Below the pieces are notes generated by a model, which saw only the letters and a list, made by a program, of their open reading frames with translations, was not told the origin of the DNA and did not search any database. A stretch of 64,000 bases of DNA from a virus. How positions within the stretch are numbered: position 1 is the first letter of the stretch; every line of letters begins with the position of its first letter. Both the position numbers and the translations under genes were made by a program. The stretch is taken from IMG/VR virus record IMGVR_UViG_3300019776_000961, positions 32,001 to 96,000 of that record; one strand, written 5' to 3'. Shown here piece by piece: positions 1 to 8,255 of this stretch.

Positions 1-145
1 CTCTACGCACGAGACCCGTAACAATACATGTCATGTTTTTTGATTTAAGAGCACCATCATCGTTTTCCTTAACAGGCTTGCTCTTTACAGGCTTTGTCTT
101 TGCTTTGATAGGTTTTGCTTTCGTTTTGGTCTTTTTGCCCTTCAT
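1..145 (-). CDS. Lys-rich hypothetical protein, runs off the left edge of the window
   Basis: Manual translation from ATG at 145: MKGKKTKTKAKPIKAKTKPVKSKPVKENDDGALKSKNMTCIVTGLVRR; TATAAATA upstream on the minus strand. Confidence 0.6.
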   Translation of the reverse strand, partial: MKGKKTKTKAKPIKAKTKPVKSKPVKENDDGALKSKNMTCIVTGLVRR

Positions 146-219
146 GTTGATTTATGTTATGGAAACTATTTATAAACTCCACAGTTGATATTTTCAAGTC
201 TTATTTCTATTATTGAGGA

Positions 220-480
220 ATGCCATACATTAAATCCATATCTCGCAATATGCTGAAGTCGACGACTGATGCTATTGTAAACAATCCACCGATAACCGTC
301 GGTGATCTAAACTATGTGCTGACAAGTGCATGTAAAGCATATCTTGAAAAACAGCTCTATATTAACTACCAGGCCTACAATGATGTTATTGGAGCACTTG
401 AATGCTGTAAGCTTGAAATGTATCGTCGCTCTATCGCTCCTTACGAGGACATTAAAATTAAGGAGAACGGCGATGTCTAA
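220..480 (+). CDS. DUF6899-like conserved phage protein
   Basis: MPYI...GDLNY...YNDVIGALECCKLEMYRR...PYEDIKIKENGDV pattern. Confidence 0.7.
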   Translation: MPYIKSISRNMLKSTTDAIVNNPPITVGDLNYVLTSACKAYLEKQLYINYQAYNDVIGALECCKLEMYRRSIAPYEDIKIKENGDV

Positions 481-658
481 GATGACTGCAGATAAAATCC
501 ATAAGCTTGCCCTTAAGGGACGACTTGTACCTATTATTCAAGAAGTCAACGGAAAGCACTATCTTGTTGGATATGGTCGCAAGGCAACTTCTCGTAAGAA
601 AGAGAAGTACATGCTCCCTGAACCAGAGCTTCTCAACGTTTTGCCAAAAAATAACTAG
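473..658 (+). CDS. small basic hypothetical protein
   Basis: Start reassigned to ATG 473, which overlaps the upstream stop; the ORF-track extension to 326 lies inside the previous gene. Confidence 0.6.
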   Translation: MSKMTADKIHKLALKGRLVPIIQEVNGKHYLVGYGRKATSRKKEKYMLPEPELLNVLPKNN

Positions 659-720
659 TTGCTATTAATCTCAGAGCATCTAATATGAATTTTATATCCC
701 GAAAGGAGGTGAAATAATAA

Positions 721-912
721 ATGAACTACAACAGCACAGATCTACGTCCAAAGACGTTCTACGTCCAGATTGAGCGCCAGCGTAACGGCACCTTCGCCGT
801 TAAGCGTGCGAACGTTCTCGACAAGGCTAATCAGTACAGCCGTACGCTTCGTCGCGTTGACGCTCGTGATTTCACACGCGCTCTTCGTAACAGCGACATC
901 ACCGTCGCCTAA
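721..912 (+). CDS. Arg-rich 63-aa hypothetical protein, probably highly expressed
   Basis: Extended SD AAAGGAGGTGA; strong C/G-ending codon bias; own promoter and downstream hairpin. Confidence 0.8.
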   Translation: MNYNSTDLRPKTFYVQIERQRNGTFAVKRANVLDKANQYSRTLRRVDARDFTRALRNSDITVA

Positions 913-926
913 GACGATTGTATAAA

Positions 927-968
927 AGAGATGCCATACTTTGCACTTCAAACAGGTATGGCATCTCT
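927..968 (+). terminator. 13-bp perfect inverted repeat, probable terminator
   Basis: AGAGATGCCATAC (927-939) pairs with GTATGGCATCTCT (956-968). Confidence 0.6.
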
Positions 969-999
969 ATTTACAAATACTATAATTTAATTCAACTAT

Positions 1000-1308
1000 A
1001 TGACAAGCGATTTAGCAGCAGAAATTAACAAAAGATTAAAACGATCCCTTTCTAAAGATCCGAACGTGCTTACCTGCATAGTTACAGGAAAGTCGCGGCC
1101 TACAAATTCAGCATATCTTGAGGAAAAGGCAAAAATAGCAGGTTCCAAAGAACGCTTTGTTGACAACTATATTTGCAGGGAAGCTTTGACCCTTCTCAAG
1201 AAAGGCAAGACTCTATCAGAGGTTCGCACCGAGCTCAATGTCACAGCATCTCTTCCGGTTATCTCTCAATCTACATTGGACGAAGCTTTAAAAATAAACG
1301 GAAAATAA
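1000..1308 (+). CDS. hypothetical protein with TCIVTG motif
   Basis: 102-aa ORF; motif shared with the ORF at 1-145. Confidence 0.7.
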   Translation: MTSDLAAEINKRLKRSLSKDPNVLTCIVTGKSRPTNSAYLEEKAKIAGSKERFVDNYICREALTLLKKGKTLSEVRTELNVTASLPVISQSTLDEALKINGK

Positions 1309-1310
1309 TC

Positions 1311-1339
1311 TTGCACGATAAAAGAGATTCCTGCATACT
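1311..1339 (+). promoter_or_regulatory. sigma70-like early promoter with TTCCT element
   Basis: TTGCAC-N17-CATACT; spacer ends GATTCCTG. Confidence 0.55.
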
Positions 1340-1348
1340 AGAGGAACA

Positions 1349-1621
1349 ATGAAGACACTAGCAAAAACAATACAAAATAAAGGCTTCAATCTTAAGCAGA
1401 TCAAGCGCGTTGGTGATAAGGCTATTTACGAGCAGACAAAGAAGGGACAAGAAGGAAAGTCCTATGAGGTCATCCGTATTGGCAAGCATAATGGTTACGA
1501 GCTTGGAGGAGCTAAGATTGCTCCGGCTGAGACATATCCTGGTAGCTCTCAATGGGGTATCAATGGATGGACGTTTACAGATCTCGCGTTGGCAGAGAAA
1601 AAGTTCAAGTCCCTGAAATAA
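1349..1621 (+). CDS. conserved hypothetical phage protein
   Basis: 90-aa ORF with GAGGA SD; YEVIRI...ETYPGSSQWG.NGWT pattern. Confidence 0.75.
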   Translation: MKTLAKTIQNKGFNLKQIKRVGDKAIYEQTKKGQEGKSYEVIRIGKHNGYELGGAKIAPAETYPGSSQWGINGWTFTDLALAEKKFKSLK

Positions 1622-1624
1622 AGC

Positions 1625-1653
1625 TTGTCCTCCCGGTCGAGTTCCTTTAATAT
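1625..1653 (+). promoter_or_regulatory. sigma70-like early promoter with TTCCT element
   Basis: TTGTCC-N17-TAATAT; spacer ends AGTTCCTT. Confidence 0.55.
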
Positions 1654-1662
1654 AAAAGAATC

Positions 1663-2601
1663 ATGAAGCTGAATTATACATCTACTGAATTCGTTGCAGT
1701 CAAGGATATCGAAATTCCTGATATCTATAATCGTCGACTTAAAACCGGTATTGAAACAGTTGACACCATGTTCGGTGACGGCTTGCTCCCTGGGTCTGTT
1801 ATTACCCTTTCGTCAAAGGCTGGAATGGGTAAGACGACGTTTGTTCTGCAGATGCTTAATAATTTGACCAAATTCGGTCATCGTATCGGCTTCTGTTCGT
1901 CAGAAGAGTCGATTTACCAGGTAGCGTTTGCTTGCCGTCGACTTGGAATTACCGAGGTCGGTATTTGTAACGAGAGCAGGCTCGACAAGATTCTCACGAC
2001 TATGGAGAATATGAGCGTTGTTGTTGTCGACTCCTTCCAGGGCATTGACAAGTGCGGTATGGATGATAAGGATGCTATTGAGGCACTTATTCAGAAGGCA
2101 AAGGCTACTGAGTGTGTTCTAATTCTCATCTGTCATCTCACTAAGAGTGGTGATATGCGCGGGACAAACCTTTTGACCTACGCTGTTGATGTGAATATGT
2201 TCCTCGACTCCGTAAAGGACGCACCTGCTGGTACCCGTCACGTGTACTTCAGTAAGAATCGTTTCGGACCTGGTGCTGAGTTTGATATTATTCTCGAGAA
2301 GACTGGATTTGACTTTACCGCAATCCAGCCCGCTGGGACGGAGAAAAAGAAGGTTAATAAGAAAGACGAGGAGCGTAAGAAGATTCTCGCTCTCACTGGT
2401 AAGATTACTGTCGAGAAGGTTTGCAAGGCAGCTGGTGTAGATGCATCGAGAGCTGGCTATCTTCTCAGGGAGCTTACTGCAGAGGGTAAACTCAAGCGTA
2501 AGGGTAAGAGAAAGAATGTATCTTGGGTAAATAATGAAGTACAAGTTGAAATCTCTGACTTCAACCCATATAATACTATCAACCTAATTCAATCAATTTA
2601 A
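1663..2601 (+). CDS. RadA/Sms-like RecA-fold ATPase with C-terminal winged helix
   Basis: KTGIETVD..FGDGLLPGS, Walker A AGMGKTT, Walker B VVVVDS, RadA signature KNRFG. Confidence 0.8.
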   Translation: MKLNYTSTEFVAVKDIEIPDIYNRRLKTGIETVDTMFGDGLLPGSVITLSSKAGMGKTTFVLQMLNNLTKFGHRIGFCSSEESIYQVAFACRRLGITEVGICNESRLDKILTTMENMSVVVVDSFQGIDKCGMDDKDAIEALIQKAKATECVLILICHLTKSGDMRGTNLLTYAVDVNMFLDSVKDAPAGTRHVYFSKNRFGPGAEFDIILEKTGFDFTAIQPAGTEKKKVNKKDEERKKILALTGKITVEKVCKAAGVDASRAGYLLRELTAEGKLKRKGKRKNVSWVNNEVQVEISDFNPYNTINLIQSI

Positions 2602-3160
2602 TATCGCTTCCATCATTTGGTCTCGTTAGGTTTTCATACCACCAAAGAGGTCTCAGATTTGTGTAGTGAAAACATTTTCTTTGTTGTTCGGGAATTTTTA
2701 AATTAAAAGTATTGCATGGTATTATATGGTCTATATGCCATCCTTTTGTACCATGGTTTGTCCAGGACATACCATCTTTAAACTGTTTTTCTATATACAT
2801 TCTCGCTTCTTCAACCGTACATCCGAGCAGCTCTACTGTTTTTGCAGCTTTTTTATGTCTTTTTTTAAGAGCACCGAGTATTCTCGATCTCAATATGTGT
2901 GCAAGCTTAAAATTTGAATCTGTTTGTAATTTTTTATTAATATAATTAACACTGTAGTTGTAGCGCTGTTGCTTATTTTCTGTCCTATATTTTTTATTAG
3001 ATAAAAGCCTCTTCTCTCTATTCTGTATATAATATTTTCTCGCGCATTCTCTGCAGCGTATGGTTTTTTGATTAAATTGATCAATGGGTTTATGAACCTT
3101 GCAGCCAGGGCATACCCTATCACGAAAAAAGACACCAGAGATATATGTAGACATAAGCAT
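2579..3160 (-). CDS. HNH homing endonuclease (endonuclease VII-like) with N-terminal CxxC zinc finger
   Basis: CPGC...CREC; MSWTNHG..GWHIDHIIPC...CFHYTNLRPLW..EN; true start may be ATG 3154. Confidence 0.85.
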   Translation of the reverse strand: MLMSTYISGVFFRDRVCPGCKVHKPIDQFNQKTIRCRECARKYYIQNREKRLLSNKKYRTENKQQRYNYSVNYINKKLQTDSNFKLAHILRSRILGALKKRHKKAAKTVELLGCTVEEARMYIEKQFKDGMSWTNHGTKGWHIDHIIPCNTFNLKIPEQQRKCFHYTNLRPLWWYENLTRPNDGSDIKLIELG

Positions 3161-3266
3161 AATTATTTATGTCTAGAAAGTGTTAAAGTTATAACCGGTA
3201 GACATAAGCAATCACCAACAAAATTTTAATTGCTTTCTAGACACATATAACATAATATATAAAAAT

Positions 3267-3392
3267 ATGAGTGGAAAAGGCAGCAAGTCGCGCATTACTG
3301 ACTTAAAGAAATATAAGGAAAACTTTCCTAAGACAACAGGCAAGACTGAGGGCTTTGTTAAAGTTAAAGGAAAGCTTGTTAAGAAGTATTAA
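3267..3392 (+). CDS. 41-aa basic hypothetical protein
   Basis: Manual translation MSGKGSKSRITDLKKYKENFPKTTGKTEGFVKVKGKLVKKY; sigma70-like promoter upstream. Confidence 0.6.
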   Translation: MSGKGSKSRITDLKKYKENFPKTTGKTEGFVKVKGKLVKKY

Positions 3393-3435
3393 TCGTTGTT
3401 GCTTTTAAAGCTTCAAGCGGTTAATATTATCGTAC

Positions 3436-3511
3436 GGGAGATTAGCTCAGTTGATAGAGCAGGTCCTTTACACGGACAAGGTCACAGGTTTGAGCCCTGT
3501 ATCTCCCACCA
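3436..3511 (+). tRNA. tRNA-Val(UAC)
   Basis: 76-nt cloverleaf: GGGAGAT/ATCTCCC acceptor stem, anticodon loop TTTACAC, encoded CCA. Confidence 0.92.
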
Positions 3512-3521
3512 CGATAAACAT

Positions 3522-4358
3522 ATGGATTACTCGCTTACATTTAGCATTAACAATAAGAATCGATTTAACTATAATGTCAAATCGAGAAACTTTAGGCGAG
3601 GTAAGAATGAATGTCTATTTAAGAACCCTCTCTTTACAAATGAGAGAATGCTCAAGGAAGGGTATTTGGTTCATCGCTTTCCAAAGAACTGGGCTGTACG
3701 GATTAATGACTCAATAACAGAGTACGTAAAAGAGCGTTTGAGGGATAACGGCGTAGAGCCTTATAATTTTACCCTCGACAAATATCATAACTACGTCGAT
3801 GATTATACACACCGTGGTGTTGTAGATAGCTTCCGTGGCGGCTTTTTTGGTACCGGTGGGATTCATCTTAATAAGCTCGGTATTCCGTATAAAGAACTCG
3901 ACGAATGGGTTAACGGTACAATTGGTAGTAAGGGACTCTCCTGTCATTATAAACGATACGGTATATCAATAAAGCATTTTTGGATTCGCATTGTGCGGCC
4001 GAATGTTAATGATAATAATCCACCTCATAAAGATATTCATGTAGGACGAAATAGAGATAGTATTAATATCTATCTTCCGCTCGCCGGTAGTAACGAGAAC
4101 TCATCTCTGCCTGTTATTCCGCGTTCTCATCTTGAAAACGAGAGCGAATATATCATTTCTGCTTCACCTTGCTATGTAAACAATAGGAAGTTTGTCGTAC
4201 CTGCTGTTGTACATAGAGAGCAAGGGTTAAACATGGTTACACCTAATCCAGGATTAAATCAAATCATGTTTTTTACACCGCATTTAATACACGGAGGCGG
4301 TGTTAATATTAATAAAAATCTCACGCGTGTTTCACTTGAGATGCGCTTCTTTAAATAG
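3522..4358 (+). CDS. 2OG-Fe(II) oxygenase (phytanoyl-CoA dioxygenase-like)
   Basis: PHKDIH (HxD), IYLPL, VIPRSH, HLIHGGG, RVSLEMR; start reassigned to ATG 3522, after the tRNA. Confidence 0.75.
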   Translation: MDYSLTFSINNKNRFNYNVKSRNFRRGKNECLFKNPLFTNERMLKEGYLVHRFPKNWAVRINDSITEYVKERLRDNGVEPYNFTLDKYHNYVDDYTHRGVVDSFRGGFFGTGGIHLNKLGIPYKELDEWVNGTIGSKGLSCHYKRYGISIKHFWIRIVRPNVNDNNPPHKDIHVGRNRDSINIYLPLAGSNENSSLPVIPRSHLENESEYIISASPCYVNNRKFVVPAVVHREQGLNMVTPNPGLNQIMFFTPHLIHGGGVNINKNLTRVSLEMRFFK

Positions 4359-4471
4359 GTTATTTATTCGAAACCTATAATAAAAATTTCCGGTAAAAAC
4401 TTTTGTTAAAATACCGTGAATCACTGCATGCAGCTGCTTGTAAATGTGATAAATTATATTATTATAAAGCT

Positions 4472-5443
4472 ATGATCTTCGACGAACAAATCTCACGCAA
4501 ACCTAATCACTATAAATGGACCGATGAATTCATCGAATCAATGCACAATGGATTCTGGACAGATAAGGAATTCAGTTTCAAGTCCGACGTCCAGCAATTT
4601 AAAGTAAATTTAACCGATCAAGAACGAGAAATTATCATTCGTTGCTTATCTGCTATTGGGCAAATCGAGGTAGCTGTAAAGACATTCTGGGCTAAGTTAG
4701 GTGAGAACTTACCCCATCCTTCATTGCAAGATCTTGGTTATGTCATGGCTAATACTGAAGTTATTCATAATAACGCTTACGAGAGATTGCTTACTGTGCT
4801 CGGTCTTGAAGACATCTTTGAAGAGAATCTCAAGCTTGATTGGATTCAGGGCCGTGTAAAGTATCTTAAGAAGTATACACACCGTTTCTATAAGGATTCA
4901 AAGAAGCAGTATCTTTATGCTCTTATTCTCTTTACTCTCTTTGTTGAGAACGTGTCGCTAATGTCTCAATTCTATGTTATCAATTGGTTTGCTCGTAATA
5001 AGAACGTCCTTAAGGATACCGATCAACAGGTAAAGTATACCCGCAATGAAGAGAACATTCACGGTCTTGTCGGTACAAAGATCATTAATACAATCAAGGA
5101 AGAGTATCCAGAGCTCATCGATCAAGAACTTATCGACCGTATCGTCAACGAAGCTAAAGAAGCATATGAGTCTGAAGCTAAGATCGTTGATTGGATGGTA
5201 AATGGTATTCAGGAAGAGGGTCTATCGGCTCCTATTCTTAAAGAGTTTATTAAGGACCGTCTTAATGAGTCACTCCGTGGTATTGGCTTCCCTGATGCAT
5301 TTGACACTGATAAGGAACTTGTAAGTAAGACGATGTGGTTCAACGAAGAGCTACTCGGTAATAATATGACTGACTTCTTTCATAGTCGTCCTGTCGAATA
5401 CTCGAAGAAATCTCAATCTTTCTCTGAAGACGATCTATTCTAA
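4472..5443 (+). CDS. nrdB: ribonucleotide reductase class I beta subunit
   Basis: Di-iron ligand motifs QIE, EVIHNNAY, FVEN, EENIH; ATG 4472. Confidence 0.93.
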   Translation: MIFDEQISRKPNHYKWTDEFIESMHNGFWTDKEFSFKSDVQQFKVNLTDQEREIIIRCLSAIGQIEVAVKTFWAKLGENLPHPSLQDLGYVMANTEVIHNNAYERLLTVLGLEDIFEENLKLDWIQGRVKYLKKYTHRFYKDSKKQYLYALILFTLFVENVSLMSQFYVINWFARNKNVLKDTDQQVKYTRNEENIHGLVGTKIINTIKEEYPELIDQELIDRIVNEAKEAYESEAKIVDWMVNGIQEEGLSAPILKEFIKDRLNESLRGIGFPDAFDTDKELVSKTMWFNEELLGNNMTDFFHSRPVEYSKKSQSFSEDDLF

Positions 5444-5460
5444 GAATAAATAATTTTATT

Positions 5461-5934
5461 ATGAAATTTGATAAGCTCGCTGCTGCCTATTTGAAGGTCT
5501 TAACGGAATCACAAAGTATTGATGATCTTTCACGTAATTTTACTATTCTCGGTATACAAAACATTGAAACAGATGGACACGATACTTTCGTAAGAGATGA
5601 GTTCGGTAGAACAGCGATTGAAGTGACATTCAAATACAAGAATGATGAACCAGGTATTTTCCTTTATAAGGGAAGAAATGGTTTTTTTGAAGAATGGGGT
5701 GAAGAATTATACGCTGATACCAATGAAGGTGAAGATTGGGAAGATTTTGTTAATGCAATATTTGTCGCGATAAAGAGCAAGGGTGGAAAGAGCGAAAATG
5801 CAGAAGATAAAGAAGAAACATCACAGGAATGGGAGCTTAAGCGGCACGCTCGCGAGCAGAACAAATGGGATAAGCGTAAGGAGAGATGGGATGCTTTTAA
5901 AAAAGCAAATCCTAATTATAAAAAGAATAGATAA
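5461..5934 (+). CDS. hypothetical late protein between nrdB and nrdA
   Basis: 157-aa ORF preceded by TAAATA; N-terminus MKFDKL...LTES. Confidence 0.7.
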   Translation: MKFDKLAAAYLKVLTESQSIDDLSRNFTILGIQNIETDGHDTFVRDEFGRTAIEVTFKYKNDEPGIFLYKGRNGFFEEWGEELYADTNEGEDWEDFVNAIFVAIKSKGGKSENAEDKEETSQEWELKRHAREQNKWDKRKERWDAFKKANPNYKKNR

Positions 5935-5936
5935 CA

Positions 5937-5963
5937 AAAAGAGATACTAGTATTCTCTCTTTT
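5937..5963. terminator. possible bidirectional terminator
   Basis: AAAAGAGA ... TCTCTTTT, 8-bp stem. Confidence 0.35.
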
Positions 5964-5983
5964 AGCTATTAAAATACCCTGTA

Positions 5984-7633
5984 ATGAATAAGGATATCTA
6001 TTGGCTTAATAAGGACTCGAGAAAATTTCTCAGTCGTGGTTACCTTCTAGAAGGTGAAACCGCCGAACAACGTATTAGAGATATAGCTGAGAAAGCTGAG
6101 CACTATCTCAATCTACCAGGCTTTGCAGATAAGTTTGAAGATTATATGCATAGAGGCTTTTACTCTCTCGCATCTCCTATTTGGTCTAACTTCGGTCGTG
6201 TAAGAGGTCTTCCTATCTCTTGCTTCGGTTCATACGTCAATGACGATATGGATGATATTCTTTATAAGATGGCAGAAGTTGGTGTCATGTCCAAGGTAGG
6301 TGGTGGTACATCCGGTTACTTCGGTGCTATTCGTGGCCGCGGAACTCCTATTTCATCAGGCGGTGAAGCAACAGGCGTACATCATCAACTAACGGTGTTT
6401 GAGTCATTAACAAACTATATCTCTCAGGGTAATGTGCGCCGTGGATCGTTTGCTGCTTATTTACCTATTGATCACCCCGATATTGAAGAGTTCTTGAAGA
6501 TTAGAGGTGAAGGTGATGATATTCAGAACCTCTCAATTGGTGTTTGTGTAACAGACAAGTGGATGAAGTCAATGATTGAAGGTGATAAGGAAAAGAGAGC
6601 TCTTTGGGGACAAGTTATTAAGAAGCGCTTTGAATCCGGTTACCCATATATCTTCTTTACCGATAACGCCAACAAACAAGCCCCTAAGGTCTATAAAGAT
6701 AAGGGATTAAAGATTAATCATAGTAATCTCTGTACTGAGATCATGCTCTCCAATGGTGTAGATGAATCATTTGTTTGTGATCTTTCATCACTCAATCTTG
6801 AGCGTTGGGATGAATGGAAGGAAACAGATGCTGTTGAGACTCTTGTTTATTTCCTCGATGCTGTCATGACAGAGTTCATTAATAAGACAGAAGGTATGAA
6901 GTTTATGGAGCATCCGAGAAACTTTGCTATCAGTCAAAGAGCACTCGGTGTTGGAGTTCTTGGCTGGCATTCTCTTCTTCAGCTTAAGATGATTGGATTC
7001 GAATCGATGGCAGCTAAGATGCTTAACGGCCAGGTTTGGAGATTTATTCGCGAGAAAGCAGATTTAGCTTCCGAGACGTTAGCTAAAGAATACGGTGAAC
7101 CACCGCTTCTTAAGGGTTATGGTCGTCGCAACTCTACCACTCTTGCTATCGCACCTACTACATCGAGCTCATTCATTCTCGGGCAAGTATCACCCTCTAT
7201 TGAGCCTCTTAATAGTAACTACTTTGTTAAGGATCTAGCTAAAGGTAAGTTCACATATAGAAACCCATATCTAAAGAAGCTTCTCAAGGAGAAGGGTAAA
7301 GACGATGATGATACTTGGAAGTCAATCCTTATTAAGGGCGGTTCTGTTCAACATTTAGATTTTCTTACCCAAGATGAAAAGGATGTCTTTAAAACCTTTG
7401 GTGAAATATCTCAGAAGGAGATTATTATCCAAGCTGCTACAAGACAGAAATACATTGATCAGGGGCAGTCATTAAACGTAATGATTCCACCGAATACTAA
7501 GCCTAAGGATGTCAATGAGTTGCTTATTTTTGCGTGGGAGCAAGGTATTAAGAGTCTCTATTATCAGAGATCTGCAAACCCTGCACAAGAATTAGCTCGT
7601 TCTATTCTTACTTGTGCTTCATGTGAATCATAA
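5984..7633 (+). CDS. nrdA: ribonucleotide reductase class I alpha subunit, no ATP cone
   Basis: PISCF, HSNLCTEI, VCDLSS, AIAPT, IDQGQSLN, SLYYQR and C-terminal CASCES. Confidence 0.95.
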   Translation: MNKDIYWLNKDSRKFLSRGYLLEGETAEQRIRDIAEKAEHYLNLPGFADKFEDYMHRGFYSLASPIWSNFGRVRGLPISCFGSYVNDDMDDILYKMAEVGVMSKVGGGTSGYFGAIRGRGTPISSGGEATGVHHQLTVFESLTNYISQGNVRRGSFAAYLPIDHPDIEEFLKIRGEGDDIQNLSIGVCVTDKWMKSMIEGDKEKRALWGQVIKKRFESGYPYIFFTDNANKQAPKVYKDKGLKINHSNLCTEIMLSNGVDESFVCDLSSLNLERWDEWKETDAVETLVYFLDAVMTEFINKTEGMKFMEHPRNFAISQRALGVGVLGWHSLLQLKMIGFESMAAKMLNGQVWRFIREKADLASETLAKEYGEPPLLKGYGRRNSTTLAIAPTTSSSFILGQVSPSIEPLNSNYFVKDLAKGKFTYRNPYLKKLLKEKGKDDDDTWKSILIKGGSVQHLDFLTQDEKDVFKTFGEISQKEIIIQAATRQKYIDQGQSLNVMIPPNTKPKDVNELLIFAWEQGIKSLYYQRSANPAQELARSILTCASCES

Positions 7634-7641
7634 ATACTCTT

Positions 7642-8004
7642 ATGAGTAGATTTACTGATTTATTTGAATCTGTACAAGAGACGCTTTCATCAAAAGAGAG
7701 CTTAATGGAGTTTCTTCATAAACGCCTTGCTGGTGCAAAGAAAATACAAGAGTCTGCTGCGAAAAAAGGTGGGTACTCTACACTTACAGCTATTCACTTT
7801 AAGGCTAAGTTTAAACCGTATAACGAATGCATGAAGCATGTAGATAAGGCTGAATTTGCTAAAAAAGCGGCAGACGAATGTTTTGAAAAGCTTAAAAACT
7901 GGGATAAAATGTCACAGCGTGAATTTCAGTCTGTAATGGGAGAACTCGAAGCTTATGGTGAAGTGTATATTAGAGAAACTAAGCCGAATAGTATCAAACT
8001 TTAA
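7642..8004 (+). CDS. hypothetical late protein
   Basis: 120-aa ORF, TAAATA 5 nt before ATG, N-terminus MSRFTDLFES. Confidence 0.7.
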   Translation: MSRFTDLFESVQETLSSKESLMEFLHKRLAGAKKIQESAAKKGGYSTLTAIHFKAKFKPYNECMKHVDKAEFAKKAADECFEKLKNWDKMSQREFQSVMGELEAYGEVYIRETKPNSIKL

Positions 8005-8041
8005 GCTTGCAGATAATCAGGAAGCATGTAATATTGATGAC

Positions 8042-8254
8042 ATGCCTACACGCAAGAAAAAACTCACCGAACAAAAGTATACTGTTTCTGTTACCTTTCC
8101 GAAAGATATAACGTACGAGGAAAGAGAATCGATTCTTCGACGTGCTCTCTATAAGGAGGAAGAAGCTGTAAAGAAACATGGTTATAAGACCTTCAAGTAT
8201 ATTATCGTGGAGAAGACGATGAAGGGTGCTACAGTGAATTTCACTATTCGGTAA
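8042..8254 (+). CDS. hypothetical protein
   Basis: Start reassigned to ATG 8042, downstream of TTGCAG-N17-TAATAT. Confidence 0.6.
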   Translation: MPTRKKKLTEQKYTVSVTFPKDITYEERESILRRALYKEEEAVKKHGYKTFKYIIVEKTMKGATVNFTIR

Positions 8255-8255
8255 C

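Noticed and set aside
326-472. 5' extension of the 326-658 ORF
   Set aside because: It overlaps the DUF6899-like gene out of frame; ATG 473 is coupled to the upstream stop.
3396-3521. 5' extension of the oxygenase ORF from TTG 3396
   Set aside because: It runs through tRNA-Val; ATG 3522 after the tRNA is the plausible start.
4472-7633. Introns or inteins in nrdA/nrdB
   Set aside because: Both frames are continuous, of normal or short length, with catalytic motifs in order and no intein termini.
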